DNA of 53,528 bases, counting the filler, from Catajapyx aquilonaris (lineage: Eukaryota), in assembly GCA_000934665.2 (NCBI GenBank). It is 2 parts of 2 records of this genome, joined end to end, with 100 filler letters (N's around TTAATTAATTAA, not from the genome) between each part and the next. Parts side by side here need not be neighbours in the genome. Positions count along the whole stretch, not along the records: positions 26,365 to 53,528 come from JYFJ02005237.1; 1 more part is not named here. One strand, 5' to 3'. The position numbers were made by a program, and so were the translations under genes. Of this stretch, positions 47,001 through 53,528 are shown one piece after another. Position 1 is the stretch's first letter; every line of letters starts with the position of its first letter. The notes under the pieces were generated by a model. The model had not been told where the DNA came from and did not search any database. It worked only from the letters and a program-made list of their open reading frames with translations.

Positions 47001-50000
47001 AAAAGAGACACGTGTATTTCGCACACTACAGGCCTACAGTATTGCAACACGCAGCAAACAAGCTTGTATTTTCACAGCTGCCACTTCCACGTGGTAATTA
47101 GTCCCCTGGCAAAATACACATAATGTTGCCAGGCTGCCACGAACTGAACCATCACTTTTTTGTTGCATGTATAACTCCATCATTGGTCAGACCCAAGAGA
47201 CGTGGCAAAAAAACACACACACACACATTTTTAAAAATAAAAAAAAATTATGCCGGCAGTGTCGTTAAAAGTGTCGGGTTTCATCAAGCCGGTCCAGATG
47301 GACTCCTTGAGATTTTCTTGAGCCTCCCTTCCCCAGCTATTCCTTGGATGCCCTCCCTGGTCCCTTCAAAGAGACGGTGAATCGCTTCATTCAAGTGGAT
47401 TTATTGTAGGGGATCCTTTCACGCGCTGGGGTCTGAGATCCACTTGAGGGATTCCTGGGAAGGACGGCGGAGGAGGAGGAGGGATCCACAAGAATTTTTT
47501 GTGTGTCTAAATTGTGTAAACATATAAGGGCAAACATATGGTCAAAATGCTCGAGCGCATTCCTCAAAAATATTCTTCGCACTGGGACGGGTATATATTT
47601 TAAAAAATTGAGCATGAAATAAATCGTATCCATGGTGGGAACAACTACGGAAATCCGGTGTACACTTGGCCACATAACTCTCTGCATAAATATCTTCATG
47701 TATCTCTGCACACACCCCATAAATCTGATGGCATTTCACATGGGCCAGTGCCGGGAAATATATTTAAATGGTGACAATCAAGCATTCATATACTGTACTA
47801 CAGTATGTATAATAAAAATAGCAAAAGCGAAACATTTGCAGAGTTGATTATTTTTATTATGTTTACACGATAAATTAATGGCACTTGTGGGGCCTTTGAG
47901 CAGTGAAACAGCCTGTAATATTACCACGCCCTCGAGGGGGGGGGGGGGTAACCCTCGGGAGTGATAAACTGCCAGTCAGCAACAACAATTATTATTATGA
48001 TCCTTTGGGATGCTTCCCTTTGGCCTCGCCCTGTGTGGTATAATAATTAAAATGGAGGTGACCTCGGTAGTGAAACCCACGTTATGTCAACCTCCCGAAA
48101 CAGAAAGCGTTTTAAGAGCACGGGGCTGACCCTGACCCTAATTCAAGCTGCTTGTATTGTGATGTGTGTCCTCCAGACAGAATCCCAGCCCAGTGGGTGT
48201 GCAGGAAGCGTGGTCTGTTTTGTCACTGTACTGTATACATACACGGGATGGATGGTGATGATGATGTGTGTGCATATAGGTGAAGCCGAGCAACTGCAAA
48301 CGGCCAATCAGGACCGAAGGCTTCAAACGGCAGGCACATCATTTCCTGCGGCCGCAAAACGGCAATTATGCAAACTCAGTAAGGCGTTACGTCAACCACC
48401 ACTGGAGGAAGAAGAGACCTTGCTGCACCGGCACTATTCAATCATAGAGAAGCTGCACCGTGGGGACTGCCAGGGAATATCATTACAGCACTACGCAAAT
48501 CCGTTGCACACTTATAGCCACAAGGAAATTTTAAACCACTTTAAATGGAACAATCGAGTGTTTGGCCTACATACATCTAACTATAGAGTATAATCATTTA
48601 AATTGGATATATCTAAGTACGCAATCAAAGAAGGAAAAAGGGAAATGTTGTGGACTGACAGCTCCAGAAACCCGTTTATGGAAAAGAAGCCCATTCACCT
48701 GCCACGGTTGTTTCTCCCCATTAAAACTGGTTACTGGGGTAAACAATTAATAAATTCTCCCCGCGCTCACCCATTTTGGACCTCCGAATTTTAGCCTTTA
48801 GCCTGTGTGCATCATCCTGAACGCAATATGAAGGTCTAAACATGCCAAACGTAATGTTTAACACAGTGTGATAGTGCATTAGGCCGAATCCGGTTTATAT
48901 CCGCACGGCTCCTTTTAAATTGAGAAAATAATTTACTTATATCCGGTTCAAATCTATACATTCAAACCCTGATATATATGCAGAGGGGGGTAATACCTTT
49001 CATTAAAATATCATATTCAAGTCCTCATAAATCCGGTTCATATCAGAACAGTTCCTTACCAATCATTTATTGAAGAAAATCCTGATCAAGTCTACATTAG
49101 ATCCAGATAAAATCCATACATAGGGGTCGGATATTCAGCAAAAAAAATGTACGCTATTCACCCACGATTCACCGGAAGTTCTCTGCGATTTATTCCATGA
49201 TTTTGCTGTTGCAGAGATTTGGTGGCCACCAGTCGATTTAATAACTTGGGAGCTTGATTCAGCTACATACTCAGCCTATATGCTTTTTTTGAGATACGCC
49301 TGACTTCCTTCCTAAAGCTCGCGTGCTGGTCACGCTCCTCAAACCGCGCACTTCTTTTGTTTCCGCCTCCAGAACAAACCAGTCGGAGAGAAGGTCAAGG
49401 GAAGGAAGGAAAAAGAGAGGAGGGGGGGAACTGAGGTGGGGTGTTGTTTCCTCCCATCCACCCACCTTCAACCCTGGCTCACTAATTTCCCAGCCCTGAC
49501 AATGAACTTCGAAAAAAAAAAGGACGAGGATTGTTTTTACAATGTTTCCCCTCAGAATATTATAAGTCCAATCCAAAATGTTGGAATTTTTCCGCACATC
49601 AAAAGCCATTTAGGAAACAAAAACCGCGGATATTTTCGCAAGATCTTTTTTTTTAAAAAAATCGGGTGTTGGGAAACAAGCGGCGACTTGTGATATTTGA
49701 AGCGAAACAATCTTACAGGGGCGATCCAGGATATCAGTTGCGGAACAAAGTCTCGGGGGAAGTTTTCCGGGGATAATTCATCGGATATCCTGGATAGCTC
49801 CACGAAGAAAATCCAAGAAGAGATTTCCGGAGTATCCGGCAAAGAATGAATGCAAGTTCAGAGAAAGAAACATCAGAAGAGGGCCACGTGTTTGCCAAGA
49901 TTCCATGAGCTTATGCGAGGAATTTCCGAAAATTCTGCCGTTCACCACAAATTTGGCTGGAATTCTATCTACTGTATATAACTCTGGAGCAATGCATAGA

Positions 50001-50891
50001 ATTCAAGCTAATGTCAGGCAAAAAAAACTCTTTAAAATTCGGGAAGTGACATTTAAAAATAGCATACCTAGAAGGAGATAATTAATCACGATTTACCACT
50101 GAAGGTAACAATTGGAGAAGTCGCAATCAGGTGTAAGTTTAGTTCGAAATTTGTCAATTGAAGTAGGCCTACGTGAAGTCCTGGGTTTCACTTTACGTCC
50201 TTACAAAAATGTGCATGCGTAAGTTCAAATTGCTAACACATCCCGTATGAAAAGATTTTTTTTGCATTTGCCATTGTTCTGCATTATATCTTTCAGTGAT
50301 AGCCTACCTACAGTACTTACTGAATTTCCTGATAACGTACAGTCAGTATAGTACACAGATTATGTCCGATAGTTTGAGCGGACACATACCGATCGCAACT
50401 GTGGAAGTTCCAAATCCGCGCGCGATAAATTCCGGGAAATCCCACGTGTTAAAAGCTACGCCCTCTCTCTCTCTATTTTTCCACAGCGACACGGTCGTAC
50501 ACGTGTGTTTTCCCTTCGCTCGGATGTGTACATAACCTGAACAGTGTAAACTGAGATAAACGGCTCCAATCCGGCACCCCACAGCATCCCCCTCATCTTT
50601 TGTTTGTTCTGGACCTAAATCCGGTGGGGAGAGAGACATGTCAGGAATGAATTGAACGCGCCCCGGTGAATTCCTAGAATTATTTCTAACGCGACCCATT
50701 TGCAGCAAGCATTGTCGCAATAACGAGGCTCTATTGTTCATCGGACAATTTACCCCCGATGAAAATGGCGAAACACACGTATAGTGGCACCCACCGAATA
50801 AAAACAGGCCTCACAATGAGAATGGGCTTGGAATTGCATAGACTTCCGCTACGCGGTTGAGTGAAGCGGGTTGGAATAATAAAAGTATGTA

Positions 50892-50914
50892 AGAGAGAGA
50901 GAGAGAGAGAGAGA
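50892..50914. repeat. (GA)n microsatellite
   Basis: Seen directly. Confidence 0.9.
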
Positions 50915-51426
50915 AAAAAAAAATCTCTCGTAATATTACATCACGGCCAGTCTGTGTAACTGGAATTCAAGGTCTGTCATATATGAGGTTGGAGCAGCAG
51001 CCTATGATGTAGTCAGGCCTGCTGCCTATTTCCACGTATGACTCAGTCAGTCGTTTGGTGTGGGAAACGTGTCAAATGAGAGCACCACTATTCCTGTCAC
51101 TCAATCCGGTGGTTACGCAGGATTGAAACGCACTGCCAGTCGCGTAATAACCGCACTAGGTCGCTCCCAGGAATCCCGCAATGGCAAGGACAAACTGTGT
51201 CCCATGCAGCACCCGTCACTCACCATACGAAACTGGTATTTTCAGGCGTCCCACAAAGAAACAATTTTTTTCCGGGAATAAGTGTGACTCAAGAATGCAC
51301 TACCTGAAGTTCCGCACGTTAAATAAATAAATAAATAAATGAAAATATTGACACATTAAGATGGACATAATTGGGCGGGTACAAGTGTGATTTAAGATTA
51401 CATTACACGTTCCGCACATTCGATAA

Positions 51427-51546
51427 CCTCCTGAGACCCCTGGTACACTATACTGTACCTTTGTTTTGTTTTTACGCGTTTGAGTTAGTCAGAAGGTGCT
51501 GGAAAAAAACAAAGGTACAGTATACTGTACCAGGGGTCTCAGGAGG
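51427..51546. mobile_element. 120-bp piggyBac-like MITE
   Basis: TIR CCTCCTGAGACCCCTGGTACA.TATACTGTACCTTTG / CAAAGGTACAGTATACTGTACCAGGGGTCTCAGGAGG; a second copy at 33915-34021 ends in TTAA. Confidence 0.75.
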
Positions 51547-53528
51547 AAAAATATATTAATTAATAAATTATGGTCTATTTTCTTCTGGTACAACTGTACC
51601 TGCCAACTAGGACATGAGGTTTCCTTATAGCGTAATGAGCAGCTCCTGTTTTGCTCATTACCTGTAGCTTTATTCCGTGCCTTCTTCTCCAGATATCAAA
51701 TGTCTGTGTGCAACAAGAGCAGTGAATAATAATTGTCTACTCTATACACGTACAGTACGTGCAGCAAGGTGTAGCAAACAAGTAGCAAAATCAGCAACAT
51801 GTAACTTTTAACAGCAAATCAGTAATTCGTTTAGGACTTTAGGCTAATGAAAAATTAGAAAACACGTACAGTACTAAGCAATAATTGTGTTCTAATTCAT
51901 TTAGGTTGAGAATGTGAAAGAAATTTTTTAAATACTTCTATTGTGCATAAGGGGTACTATACAATCAGATATTTTTAAAATTTTCCTGAGAGAACGTCAT
52001 GCAATTTTGCAAACATTTCGTGCCTCCAACAGCTCCCACAGTTTCACGATAATGCAAACCTGGCTTAAGTTTCGTTTTAAGCGCAAATTAAAACCTCGGC
52101 TTGATTATTATGCAAGTCAAGTCCTACCTCAACAAGCAAAAAAAGATCTGACCCTCAGATAATATGCATCTGCCAAAATCGCCGCAATGTGCCTTTTTTC
52201 CCAGACTTAAATGCACGCAAAAAACATTTTAGCAAAGCAAGGTCTTGCCATTTACTTTCATGGCACAATGCAGTGTTCATCTGGGTCGTGGTGCCGCATC
52301 GACAATGCACTGGATGCGTGACAATTATCACCGCATGCGAATCCATCCGTTATGCAACTACAACCTTGGCTGGTAAGCGGTACTACCGAAGCCGCCGGTA
52401 CAACACAATATTAGCCAACCATTTATTTCTTTTCGCAAATTGTTTCTTTTGCACTACACGTGTGTGCCAATTTCGAACTGAGACACCTGTTGCTTAACCA
52501 GCATGTTGGGTTGAGTCACCTTTCAGATATCTGAGCAATTTCTTTTATTCTTTTGCGAAATATATAGTCCCACATTTCTAGAGCTGCAGGATAAAAATAG
52601 CAGATTTCGTCATAGTTCGCGTGCAATTATAAATGGCCGGAAGTAAACATATTGTGCAGCCGACTATCGACTTTCGCGATTTGGCCGAATCGGTTCCGCT
52701 TTGCAAGTTCCGCCAAGGCAAGGGGCAACAGAATTTGCAAAAATGATGTTTTGCAAAACAAAATTAGCAATTTTCTCGTATGGGGGCAGAAACCGCTATT
52801 TTCACTAGCAAGTATAGGTTTTGCTCGATACAAACGTGAGAAAATATCTTAATAGTCTTGTAGTCCTGATACAAAATGTTTCTGCAAAAATTCAGGAAAA
52901 TTTCTATCACATAAGCAGTAGTTATAGTAATTTCGCGTCCCTTGCCACACAATCTTGCCACACGCAGGTTTTTACGCAAATTTCTTATCTCTGACGACTT
53001 CGCTGATTTTTTTGATTTTTTTCCCCCCCAGTTACATTTGGCTATTTCCACTGCTAAATTCGCGTGATCGCCACAACAAGAGAACCGCCGCTTCTGATAA
53101 ACGAAATTTTAAATTTAAATAGTAAGATGGTGACTAAAATGTTGCTCAAAACTTCGTCACATTTCGATAATTTTTAGCCCATAATTTCGCGTACATCTCC
53201 GCAACATGTCACACACTAATTACTAGGGAATAAAACGAGGTCACATATATAATATTTTGGGTATTTATAGCAGAGTGCTTACTTCATTTTTTTATATTTA
53301 AACAAAAACTGTTTTCGCACATTTTTTCACTCGCGAGCTAGTGCCTAAAATGGCGCGCAAACTTGCTGGCTGCAATATTTTCGCAACTTTTTCGCAAATT
53401 GGATGACTGACCTGTTGAGTGTTGGCCCCTTTGTTGGTTGCGACCTTGCCCTTGGACTGGTCGCCGGCTGTCCCTCCGTTGAGCCAAGGGGTGGCCTCGG
53501 GGCCGCCCCCATGCTGAGTCTGCGGCGT

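Overview
Eukaryotic (animal, probably invertebrate/arthropod-like) genomic DNA in two parts separated by a 100-bp artificial gap (44 N + TTAATTAATTAA + 44 N, 26265-26364). Left part (1-26264): a head-to-tail cluster of seven paralogous tandem-C2H2 zinc-finger gene units on the + strand (A-G). The shared layout is a conserved promoter block with an invariant 20-mer, an octamer-like site and an AAGATGGCCG element; a short non-coding exon; an 81-89 codon acidic exon rich in psi-K-x-E motifs and ending in DDPL..G; a phase-0 intron; and one exon with 5-13 fingers. Unit A lacks its upstream exon within the window, unit G lacks its finger exon and unit D lacks the promoter block. The cluster shows conversion/chimerism, loss of terminal fingers and changes concentrated at DNA-contact residues. 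It is interspersed with tRNA-derived SINEs (one V-SINE-like with a perfect TSD), many MITEs and a hAT transposase relic. Right part (26365-53528): largely non-coding, with MITEs, a 21-bp minisatellite and one probable minus-strand first coding exon (38940-38527) encoding a His/Gln-rich N-terminus I cannot identify. The best candidate for a novel system is a KRAB-ZFP-like, rapidly evolving zinc-finger family with an unrecognised SUMO/SIM-like effector exon; this is inference. All alignments were done by eye and no database searches were run.
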